From the NCBI GenBank assembly GCA_964587045.1, contig CAZPJY010000009.1, forward strand, positions 1 to 53,191: 53,191 nt of DNA, written 5' to 3'. The first letter of the stretch is position 1, and every line of letters starts with the position of its first letter. The position numbers and the translations under genes are program-made. Origin of the DNA: an uncultured Methanosarcinales archaeon (lineage in GTDB: Archaea; Nanobdellota; Nanobdellia; Woesearchaeales; CAZPJY01). The notes below the pieces were generated by a model, which saw only the letters and a program-made list of their open reading frames with translations, was not told the DNA's origin and did no database searches. Below are positions 25,235-33,743 of this stretch, one piece after another.

Positions 25235-26440
25235 TTATATTGATTGCGAATCAGCCAAGTTCTCGGCAAATTCCGGACCGATATCAACGTCTTCAGGCTC
25301 GAACCAGTAAGGGTTGCATTTTGAGGGGTCGTAGAAGACCAGGTTTCCGGTGAGCTCGCTTTGCTTGGCAGAATGGTAACGCAGCACCACCTCCCTGCTG
25401 TTCCTCGGATTGAGCCCCAGTATCTCCATCTTGCCGCCAGGAGTCGACATCGCATACCTAACCTTGTGGATGCCGGTGGTCATCTGGTTAAGCTCCTCGA
25501 CTATCCTCACACCATCGGCCAGTTTCACCTGCATGTCCCTGGAACCCATGACAGGACGGCACTGGAAGAGGTAATAGGGCCTCACGCCGTGCTTTGCGAG
25601 CTTTTCGAAGAGCTGATGCAGCACCTGCGCATCGTCGTTGATGCCTGCCAATAGCACTGTCTGGTTGTACATCTCGATGCCGTGCGACCTCATCAGTTCC
25701 AGCGCCCCTATGCTCTGCTCTGTGAGCTCGCGCGGGTGCTCATAATGTACGCACACGTGGACGCTCTTGCCTGATCTGTTTGAGAAATCTGCGAGGATGG
25801 CACAAAGCTCCTCGTCAATCCTTTGCGGGTAGAATGCCGCAACCGTGGTTCCGAAGCGGACTGTCCGGAGGTGGTTCAGCTGAGGACTGTCAAGGTATGA
25901 TAGCAGTTCCTTTATCGAGTCGTTGGCAAGCATCAGCGCGTCTCCGCCTGAGAGCAGGATGGTGTTTATCTCGCGGTGTTCCCTTAAGTATTCAAGTGCG
26001 TCATCGTTTGGGAAGGTGGTTTCTTTGGGCCCGTTTGCGTCCTTGATGAACAAACGCTTTCTGAAGCATTCCCTACAGAGCCCAGCGCAGGCGTTGCTGA
26101 TCAGCGCGAGCGCTGTTGGCGTGTACTTGTGCTGCAGTCCCGGAGCCTTGACGTTGATGCTCTCGCCGCTCGTGTCGAAGCATCCGTTCTCCTGGGACGC
26201 ACCTTCCATGTAGGATAAAAGTTCCTGCTTCGTGGGCAGTATGAGCGATCTGATTGGGTCCTTTCTGTGCTTAGGATTTATCAGCCCTGCGAAGTAGGAA
26301 TTGGTCAGGATTGGGAAGGCGATGCCGTGCCTGTCCCGGAAGGCTATCAGGTCTTGGACCCCTGGGAGGAGCCGAAACTGCTCAAGCCTCGTGAGAGGTG
26401 CCTTCATCTGCACATATTTTGGTCTAAATCGCATATCCAT
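25235..26440 (-). CDS. KamA-family radical SAM protein (lysine 2,3-aminomutase-like)
   Basis: GLQHKY, CAGLCRECFRKR, LLSGGDAL, HPREL, NQTVLLAGIND, PYYLFQC, GGK (PLP lysine position). Start uncertain (26440/26434). Confidence 0.88.
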   Translation of the reverse strand: MDMRFRPKYVQMKAPLTRLEQFRLLPGVQDLIAFRDRHGIAFPILTNSYFAGLINPKHRKDPIRSLILPTKQELLSYMEGASQENGCFDTSGESINVKAPGLQHKYTPTALALISNACAGLCRECFRKRLFIKDANGPKETTFPNDDALEYLREHREINTILLSGGDALMLANDSIKELLSYLDSPQLNHLRTVRFGTTVAAFYPQRIDEELCAILADFSNRSGKSVHVCVHYEHPRELTEQSIGALELMRSHGIEMYNQTVLLAGINDDAQVLHQLFEKLAKHGVRPYYLFQCRPVMGSRDMQVKLADGVRIVEELNQMTTGIHKVRYAMSTPGGKMEILGLNPRNSREVVLRYHSAKQSELTGNLVFYDPSKCNPYWFEPEDVDIGPEFAENLADSQSI

Positions 26441-26536
26441 CCCTGAAAAATAGCTATACAAAAAGGTAATATCGAGATATTTAAAAAAGTGCGGACTAAA
26501 ATTTTTAAAAAAATAAGGAAAATATTATAAATAATT

Positions 26537-27547
26537 ATGTTATTATTAAAAAACATGCCAAAAATTAACAAAGTTAAGCTTCATCAGCTTGACATGAAGG
26601 ACAGACGGATTCTCACCCTCCTCGACGAGGATTCCAGGCAGCACGACACTAAGATAGCCCGGGAGATCCAAAAGAGCCCCCAGTTCGTGCGTTACAGGAT
26701 ACTGCAGCTTCAAAAGAACGGAGTGATAATCGGCACCAATGCCGTAATCGACTATCACAGGCTGGGCCTGAGCAAGCACAGGCTCTACATCAAGCTACAG
26801 AACGCCTACCCAGAAAAGGTCGGGGAGATAGCGGCCTACTTCGTCACGAAACGGTCAACCAACTGGGTGGCCCAGCTGGACGGCAGCTGGGATCTCGGAG
26901 CGGTCTTCCTCCTGCCGCAGGCCTCGGATTTCATGGAGATCTGGAAAGAGTTCCGGACGAGGTTCGGCGAATTCATCAACTCGTACATGATGTCTATTAT
27001 ATATGAGTATGAGCTTTATCCCAAGAGGTTCCTCTACCCATCGGCAGAGCCCAAACCCCCTCTGGTTATCACCCAGGAGGGCGATAGGACGAGCCTCTCA
27101 AGGACGGAGCAGAGGCTCGTCACGCTTCTTGCAGGCGACTCGAGGCTCAGTCTCATAAGCCTAGCCAAGAGACTGGGAATAAGCTCGACCTCTGTCGCAG
27201 CCAAGATCAGGAAGCTGGAGCGGCAAGGCATCCTCCTAGGGTACAGGACCAACATCAGGTACAAGACCATCGAGCATTACCAGTACCGGATTAACGTCAC
27301 GCTCAACGACATGGGGGCAAAGCAGGCCCTGAAGCAGTACATGATCCAAAGGCCTGAGCTGGCGCAGATCCAGGAGGTGTACAACGGTGCTGACTTCGAA
27401 TGCTCTGTGATAATGAAGGGGCACAGCGAGTTCCTGAGCCTTATGGCAGATGTAGAAGAGCAGTTCAAGGCAAGCATAAGGACATTTACCTATTACAGGG
27501 TGGTCAGGTTCTACAAGTCGCAGTTCATGATAGGCGGATATGATTAG
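26537..27547 (+). CDS. Tandem (double) Lrp/AsnC-family transcriptional regulator
   Basis: Two HTH+RAM units: LDMKDRRILTLLDEDSR...RILQLQKNGVI and LSRTEQRLVTLLAGDSR...KIRKLERQGIL. Divergent from the KamA gene. Confidence 0.87.
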   Translation: MLLLKNMPKINKVKLHQLDMKDRRILTLLDEDSRQHDTKIAREIQKSPQFVRYRILQLQKNGVIIGTNAVIDYHRLGLSKHRLYIKLQNAYPEKVGEIAAYFVTKRSTNWVAQLDGSWDLGAVFLLPQASDFMEIWKEFRTRFGEFINSYMMSIIYEYELYPKRFLYPSAEPKPPLVITQEGDRTSLSRTEQRLVTLLAGDSRLSLISLAKRLGISSTSVAAKIRKLERQGILLGYRTNIRYKTIEHYQYRINVTLNDMGAKQALKQYMIQRPELAQIQEVYNGADFECSVIMKGHSEFLSLMADVEEQFKASIRTFTYYRVVRFYKSQFMIGGYD

Positions 27548-27659
27548 CATACGGTCTTGAAAACAAAAGATAGTTTTACCACTTATTAGTTATTACAATT
27601 CGAAAGTTTTTTATATTACTTGTCGCTCGTAATTCCGAAAGAAAAATGGAGGCTTCAAG

Positions 27660-27995
27660 ATGAGCGATTTAGGAGAAGTGTTGAAGAGGATCGGCGATGA
27701 GTTTAAGGATGAAATTCTGCCGACCGCAAGAACGTATTGCGCTGTCAATATCGGAAAAGCTGCTGAAATTGTCGGAAAACCGCGATTGAAAGACAAGTAT
27801 CTCAGTTCTGTTGCAATTGTTCCGCTACGAAAAGTGGAGGGCGGAATAAATGTTGAAATAGATGGAAATACCCTTTCCAACTTTGCCCAGCTTGATTCAG
27901 GTATCGCTGTTTCAGAATCCATAGCAAAAGAATCGGGGCTTCCATACAAGCCCTACAAGCCACAGCAGAGCATGCTTCTGAATCTTCGTTGTTAA
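27660..27995 (+). CDS. Hypothetical protein (111 aa), AT-rich
   Basis: SD GGAGG upstream; AT-rich codons and flanks; no recognised motif. Confidence 0.65.
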   Translation: MSDLGEVLKRIGDEFKDEILPTARTYCAVNIGKAAEIVGKPRLKDKYLSSVAIVPLRKVEGGINVEIDGNTLSNFAQLDSGIAVSESIAKESGLPYKPYKPQQSMLLNLRC

Positions 27996-28082
27996 ATTTT
28001 CATCTTCCTTTATTAGGCTCAACTGTGAAATTAACGGTTTCTACATATTGAAACATATAAATTCGAATATTAAGCGAGGGTT

Positions 28083-29279
28083 ATGCTCATAGAAGTTTTG
28101 ATAGCCGTTTGCTCAGGAGTACTCGCAGGCATCTTCACAGGCCTCATCCCAGGCATCCACATCAACCTAGTCGCACTGGGACTGCTCACAGCGTCGCCCA
28201 TTCTTCTCAGGCACATCTCGCCCCTGCCGCTTGCATGCTTTGTCATTGCCATGTCAGTCACCCACAGCTTCCTCGACTTCATCCCTTCGGTCTACCTAGG
28301 AGCCCCTGACCCAGACACCGCCCTCTCCATACTTCCGGGGCACAAGCTGCTGCTCGCTGGCAAGGGCTACGACGCGGTGCGCCTGACCCTCATCGGAAGC
28401 CTCATCTCCCTGGTGCTCTGTGTCATACTCACCCCGCTGCTACTCGTTGTCTTTCCGATCATCTACCCATTCTTCTCAGAGCACATGGCCCTGCTTCTGT
28501 GCGGCATCATCCTCTTCCTCGCAACAAGGGGGCCGTTCTTCCTGAACCTCGCCGTCTTCCTAGCAACAGGACTGCTGGGGCTCGCTGTCCTTTCCCTGCC
28601 AAACCTCCCTAACCCTTTGTTCCCCCTCCTTTCCGGGCTGTTTGGTGTCTCAACTCTCCTGCTCTCGCTGAACAGCGATTCCAAGCTTCCGGAGCAGACG
28701 ACTGAGGCAAGCGTCATGATAGACCAGCCGACGACTCTCAAGGCCGCGGGTCTCGCGACAATCGCAGGCAGCCTGACAGGGCTGCTGCCCGGGCTCGGCG
28801 CTGCCCAAGGAGCTGCGCTCGCCACGACGTTTGCCAAAGGCCTGGGCGAGTTCGGCTTCATGATAATGCTTGGGGGCATCAACACCGCCAACTTCGTGGT
28901 GAGCCTCGCCACGTTGCTGACGATGGGCAAGGCGAGGAACGGTGCTGTGATAGCTGTCTCGCAGCTGCTGGAGATGGACAAGGCAGTGCTGGTCGTCTTC
29001 CTCGCCGTGGCAGTCATAGCCGGAGCCGCTTCTGTGTTCATAGCTATCGGGATTTCCAAGCAGTGCTCCAAGGCGTTTTCCAGGGTGCCTTACAAGAAAC
29101 TGGTGATGGGAATCATCATGCTGCTGGTGGCGATGACGTTTGGCTTTTCAGGATTCCTTGGGCTGCTTGTGCTGTTGACGTCGACCGCGATAGGTCTGAT
29201 AGCGCCGCTCAAGGGGGTGGGCAGGCATTTTGCGATGGGCTGCCTGATCCTGCCTGTGGTAGTGTTCCTATCTAGCTAG
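28083..29279 (+). CDS. TctA-family (tripartite tricarboxylate transporter-like) permease
   Basis: GIFTGLIPGIHIN, HSFLDFIPSVYLGAPD, LPGH, PLLSGLFG, GLLPGLG; very hydrophobic. Confidence 0.88.
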   Translation: MLIEVLIAVCSGVLAGIFTGLIPGIHINLVALGLLTASPILLRHISPLPLACFVIAMSVTHSFLDFIPSVYLGAPDPDTALSILPGHKLLLAGKGYDAVRLTLIGSLISLVLCVILTPLLLVVFPIIYPFFSEHMALLLCGIILFLATRGPFFLNLAVFLATGLLGLAVLSLPNLPNPLFPLLSGLFGVSTLLLSLNSDSKLPEQTTEASVMIDQPTTLKAAGLATIAGSLTGLLPGLGAAQGAALATTFAKGLGEFGFMIMLGGINTANFVVSLATLLTMGKARNGAVIAVSQLLEMDKAVLVVFLAVAVIAGAASVFIAIGISKQCSKAFSRVPYKKLVMGIIMLLVAMTFGFSGFLGLLVLLTSTAIGLIAPLKGVGRHFAMGCLILPVVVFLSS

Positions 29280-30056
29280 GTTCGGATGGGTCAATGCCAG
29301 ACGATTATAAAGGTAATGGCCCATCTTCTCTGCCGGCCAGATATTGCCGTTGATTCCATCAATAAGGGAGTTGACCTCGCTGATGAAATCAGAAAGTCTG
29401 GCGTTGCCAGTTTCCCTTGAGTATTTAGCAATCCTTTTGACTTTGAACAGCTCTTCTGATTCGAAGACATTCTGGCCACGGGTCATGACCAGGCGGAATT
29501 TTGGCTCATCGGGCGCGATACACCCCAGGTAGTCAGCAAGCTCTTTTGCGTGATTCATGAACAGTCCTAATGTCAGGTAACCATCAAGGATGATTTCGTT
29601 GTTGTTCTTCCAGGAGTTGAATAAACGGATATCATGATAGTACAGCGCGTTCTTCAGGCCTTCTCTGACCACTGAGGGGAGCGGGTCATAGCTTGATTCC
29701 GCATAAACGTTGAAAGGGTTGGGTATCAGTTTTCCAAGATCTGTATTCCTAATAAGGTAAGCGAGGTCGATGTCAGTCTTCTTCAGAACTTTTAGAATGT
29801 GCGCTTTTGGAACTTCTGCAATACGTGGATTGAATCCATGTGTAAATCTGATGTGATCAACATACTCGGCAATATGATGCGGATCATAATATTTTGATGC
29901 AGAACAATACGAGTATTTCACTATCTGCATTAGGCACGGCCGCACGTCGAAAACTGAAAGCTTCTTCTCCTTTTTCGGCTTTTTAGGAGCTTTCTGTTTA
30001 GGAGCTTCCTCGCCTGATGCGAATTCCAGATCCTTTCCTCTGATTACTTGGTTCAC
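29268..30056 (-). CDS. MoxR/vWA-operon paralog 3 (N-terminal tag family)
   Basis: GTG start in GTGA overlap with the upstream stop; begins (M)NQVIRGKDLEFASGEE. Confidence 0.75.
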   Translation of the reverse strand: MNQVIRGKDLEFASGEEAPKQKAPKKPKKEKKLSVFDVRPCLMQIVKYSYCSASKYYDPHHIAEYVDHIRFTHGFNPRIAEVPKAHILKVLKKTDIDLAYLIRNTDLGKLIPNPFNVYAESSYDPLPSVVREGLKNALYYHDIRLFNSWKNNNEIILDGYLTLGLFMNHAKELADYLGCIAPDEPKFRLVMTRGQNVFESEELFKVKRIAKYSRETGNARLSDFISEVNSLIDGINGNIWPAEKMGHYLYNRLALTHPNLAR

Positions 30057-30826
30057 GCGCCCCACTTGGTTTTGTACTCTCTCTTTACCCTTTTGAAATC
30101 CTCAAGCATCGGCATCAGAGCTGTTATGTTGTAAAGCCTTGCGAACTTGGTGAGGGACTCTAGGCTAGGCATGGATTTCGTTATGATCTGCTCAATATCA
30201 TCCTTCCACCGCTTATCACAGGATTCAGTCTTTGTTATTTCCAAATCGTCGTTGTCAATTCCGACCTTGATAGCCAGAGCCATCATCGGGCGGTATTCAA
30301 TCTTCATGTCCATGACGTAGACGAGAGGGTGATACGTGGTTATTTCTCGCCTGGTGACCAGCAGGTCTCTTTGCATCTTCTCAAGATCCGGTATGAGCGA
30401 AAACAGGTACTCCTTGTTGGACAGGTCATCATCAATGCTTTTTACTATGTCTGTTTCCAGTATGTAGTCGTCCCCTACCAGCTCGCGGAGCATCTGGACC
30501 AGGTGCTTCTTTTCTATGGTCCTGCTCCAAACCACGCTGTGATGTATCCCATTGTTATAAGCTAATGGTTCGATATCGAAGAGGTAAATACCTGAGTACC
30601 TGACGGCATTTTCATATTTCGGGCTCCAGTCTGCCCCACCAGTTTGGCCCGGCACAAGACCCTGAAAGTATTTCACCAGGAAGTCCCCGATGACCTTTCC
30701 GCCTTCCTCCCATATCTTGCCGAGGCCGCTTTCAGGCTTTTTCTCCTCGACTTCTGGAGTCTCCTCTTTAGGGACTTCTTCGCCAGATGCGAATTCCAGG
30801 TCCTTTCCCTTGATTACCTTGTTCAT
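29997..30826 (-). repeat. Two copies of a 60-bp 5' coding segment (29997-30056 and 30767-30826)
   Basis: Hand alignment gives 50/60 identical nt, including shared GATGCGAATTCCAG. Encodes the N-terminal tag of paralogs 2 and 3. Confidence 0.85.
30053..30826 (-). CDS. MoxR/vWA-operon paralog 2 (N-terminal tag family)
   Basis: ATG 2 nt after the upstream stop; begins MNKVIKGKDLEFASGEE. Confidence 0.78.
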   Translation of the reverse strand: MNKVIKGKDLEFASGEEVPKEETPEVEEKKPESGLGKIWEEGGKVIGDFLVKYFQGLVPGQTGGADWSPKYENAVRYSGIYLFDIEPLAYNNGIHHSVVWSRTIEKKHLVQMLRELVGDDYILETDIVKSIDDDLSNKEYLFSLIPDLEKMQRDLLVTRREITTYHPLVYVMDMKIEYRPMMALAIKVGIDNDDLEITKTESCDKRWKDDIEQIITKSMPSLESLTKFARLYNITALMPMLEDFKRVKREYKTKWGA

Positions 30827-30828
30827 GC

Positions 30829-31566
30829 TTACCACATGTTTTGATAGTCTAATACCCTGCTGTTGATGTCCTCGATGATCGTCCGCAGTTGCCTTACCCC
30901 GTACCTCTTGGCCTCTTGGGCTAGCAGGGTGAGGGGCACCGTCGCGTTGGATACCTGAGAGATCCTGTCCGCATGATTGAAAGGCTCTCCCCGCATCATA
31001 CCGCTCTGCAGGCCTTCCCTGATTGCCACCGCGACAAGAGGCCTGTTCTCAGGCTCAAGCCCCATGCACAGTATGTAAGGGTGCACTGAAATCCCCTGCT
31101 TGGTGGAACCGGCCAGAAGTTTCGTGGCTGCTGTGAAACTGGGTATTATCTCATCGATGTTAGGTTCGTCTCCTATCAGGTCAGTGTTGTTGATTTCGTC
31201 GCCATACACGCTTTCCAGCACCTTGAATAGGAACTGGTAGTTCGGCATTATTATATCCACATTTTGTGAGGCTCTTTCTGGTGACCGGCTCCAGGCAGGA
31301 TATATTTTCAGGACGAAGGGCCCCATCCTCGTAATGAACTCCTTCATCGACGGTCCTAGGTTCCGTCCCCATGACTTATTGTTCAGATTGCCTTCGAAGT
31401 AGTCCACCAGAGCTTCACCCAGGTATTCCTGTGCGTCCTTGATGAGGTTCAGACCGCTTCTGGTCTGCCGACTGACAGTCTCCTCCAAGGATGATTCCTC
31501 CTGTCGGGGTTCCTTATTTTCAGAGCTGAAGTCCAGCTCCTCGTTCGATCTTATAACCTTGCCCAT
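30829..31566 (-). CDS. MoxR/vWA-operon paralog 1 (N-terminal tag family)
   Basis: TGATG overlap with the vWA gene; begins MGKVIRSNEELDFSSE; body aligns by eye with paralog 2. Confidence 0.78.
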   Translation of the reverse strand: MGKVIRSNEELDFSSENKEPRQEESSLEETVSRQTRSGLNLIKDAQEYLGEALVDYFEGNLNNKSWGRNLGPSMKEFITRMGPFVLKIYPAWSRSPERASQNVDIIMPNYQFLFKVLESVYGDEINNTDLIGDEPNIDEIIPSFTAATKLLAGSTKQGISVHPYILCMGLEPENRPLVAVAIREGLQSGMMRGEPFNHADRISQVSNATVPLTLLAQEAKRYGVRQLRTIIEDINSRVLDYQNMW

Positions 31567-33743
31567 CAGCTGTCACCGGTGTATTTGATCAGCACTTCGC
31601 CCAGCACCTTCTCGACGTCCTTGACAGATCCGACTATCCTTCCCTGGACGTTTGGGTGCTTTGACGCTAAATTTTGGATATGTGAATAGTATGAACCTCC
31701 TGATCTTACGCCTATGAAGAGGATGCTCCTGTCCGGCTTGTTGGCTATCTCCTCGATCTTCCTCATGTTGCCTGACACATCACCTGTTATATCGCCGTCT
31801 GAGACTATTGTGTAGACTGCCTTGCCGTGCTTGACGTCCTTTTCGCACTTGTCAAAAACCGACGTCTTGATGGCCGTGCCGCCCCACTGGGGGATCAGCT
31901 GGACCTTCTTGAAGAAGCTTGAGTGGTCCTTGTACACCGACTCGAGGTCGAATACGCCTGAGTAAACGGTCGAGTTGGAGAACTGCACCGCCCCGACGTT
32001 GACTGGTATGCCCATTTCCTTTGCGACCGGGTAGATTGCCTTCATCCACCCGTAGTCTATCCTGTTGAGCTGGTCGAACTTGTTCTCTGAGCCGAGGTAG
32101 CCTGAGCTGCTGGACTTTCCTCCTTCATTCATGCTCCCTGAGACGTCGTTGAACATGAACCAGTACTCAGGCAGTTCTATCCCCGACTTCTCATAGTTGA
32201 TGGCCCTCACAGGTATTTCATTGACTTTGTATTCGTAGTAGTAGGTAAGGTTGGTGGCCTTGTCGTGCCTGAGCATGGGTATGCCTGACGCCTGCTGCAG
32301 CGCTAGTATGTGCTTGATGTTGAAAGTTGCCAGGTCACTTGGCGTGAGCAGGTGGGTTGTCTTGTAGACGAGTATCTTCCGGTTGCCCAGGTTCTTTGAT
32401 ATCACTCGTGTGTGCGGGCTCCTCAGCTTGATGGGAACAGCGTTCTGCCTGTAGAACTCGTCAGCAGCCTGCACCGCGAGGTCTAGCTTGACCTGCTTGC
32501 CTGACGGCTCGCCTGCGCCGTTGCCTCCCGGGCTTGGAGTGCTTCCTCCTGACAGCTCCTGCTGGGCCGCGTTGGCCACTTCCGTGAGAAGGCTCTGCGC
32601 TTCGCTCTCGTCGCCTTCCTCAGCCAGCGCTTCCAATATGTTGGCCAGGGCTTCGCTTGCGTTGCCGCCTGTTCCTCCCATCGAAAAACGGCCCTCTTCC
32701 TGCTGCGTGGAGATGAGGTCTGCGAAGGACTGCACGAAACCCCTGAACAGGTCGTAGCGCAGCTGGTCCTTCTCAAGCATGGTCATCATAGTGCTCAGGG
32801 CTGTGTCGCGGGCAGCTAGGTAGTTGCCCTCGCCGTCGAACAGCGAGTCCACCGCTTTCAGGTAATCGTCCCTGTTAAGGTTATAAGCCTTCATTGCCTT
32901 AGCGTCGATTTCCTTTACCACGCCTTCCAACGCATCCTTCGCCCTGTTTTCCGGGTCGAATCTACCTGACGCTGCCTGCTGCGCCTTCTTCTCAAACAGC
33001 TTGTTCACGTTCTCCCTGACCTCTTCGTCGTTGATGAACAGCTTTCCGTAAAGTATCCGCGACAGTGGGTATGTGGGTGAAGGCTGGCTTCTGGAGTGGT
33101 GGAACTCGACTATGTCCCATATCGGGACGACCGCGTCCGGAAGGTTGCGGATGTTTTCCTGCAGCAGCTTCACTGCTTCCCTGCCGTACACCGTCTCAAT
33201 AGATTTCGGGAGAGTGATGTCCATCTCCTTCATGGCATAGAAGGTGCAGTCGTCCCCGAAATCGTGTATCAGGTTCCTGATGTTACCCACCTTCCTGAGT
33301 ATGTCCGCCCTGTTGCCAGGTGCTGCCTCCTTGATACCCCTGTACAGCGCTAGGTCGATTCTTTTTGCGTCCTTCCTTCCCCTGGGGATGTCCGTGTCGT
33401 GGATCATCTCGTGGAAGAACAGGTAGACAAAGTTGTCGCGTGCCAGGCTCTCCACCAGCTCTTTTTCGTCCTTGCGGCCGGGAACAGCGCTGTTGCCGTA
33501 CAGCTTTGCGATCCTTTCCCTTCCGAACAGCGGTATTACTGCCTTGATTAAGCCCTCCTCAATCGCCTTTGGGTCATTGATTTGTGCGATGTATTTGGAG
33601 TGGTCGTTTGCAAAGAGCCACATGTGACCGCCCTGCTGGGGCTTCTTGTCGACAGGCCAGTCCTTGCGAAGCGGGTTCTCCAAGGTGATGATCTTCCTGA
33701 AGAGACCCTCTGCACGGTCCAGCTGTTCGCGTATGATGCTCAT
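31566..33743 (-). CDS. vWA-domain protein with N-terminal HExxH metallopeptidase-like motif
   Basis: FFHEMIHD near the N-terminus, Gly/Ser-rich linker, MIDAS FNDVSGSM ... GGT ... IVSDGD. Confidence 0.82.
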   Translation of the reverse strand: MSIIREQLDRAEGLFRKIITLENPLRKDWPVDKKPQQGGHMWLFANDHSKYIAQINDPKAIEEGLIKAVIPLFGRERIAKLYGNSAVPGRKDEKELVESLARDNFVYLFFHEMIHDTDIPRGRKDAKRIDLALYRGIKEAAPGNRADILRKVGNIRNLIHDFGDDCTFYAMKEMDITLPKSIETVYGREAVKLLQENIRNLPDAVVPIWDIVEFHHSRSQPSPTYPLSRILYGKLFINDEEVRENVNKLFEKKAQQAASGRFDPENRAKDALEGVVKEIDAKAMKAYNLNRDDYLKAVDSLFDGEGNYLAARDTALSTMMTMLEKDQLRYDLFRGFVQSFADLISTQQEEGRFSMGGTGGNASEALANILEALAEEGDESEAQSLLTEVANAAQQELSGGSTPSPGGNGAGEPSGKQVKLDLAVQAADEFYRQNAVPIKLRSPHTRVISKNLGNRKILVYKTTHLLTPSDLATFNIKHILALQQASGIPMLRHDKATNLTYYYEYKVNEIPVRAINYEKSGIELPEYWFMFNDVSGSMNEGGKSSSSGYLGSENKFDQLNRIDYGWMKAIYPVAKEMGIPVNVGAVQFSNSTVYSGVFDLESVYKDHSSFFKKVQLIPQWGGTAIKTSVFDKCEKDVKHGKAVYTIVSDGDITGDVSGNMRKIEEIANKPDRSILFIGVRSGGSYYSHIQNLASKHPNVQGRIVGSVKDVEKVLGEVLIKYTGDS

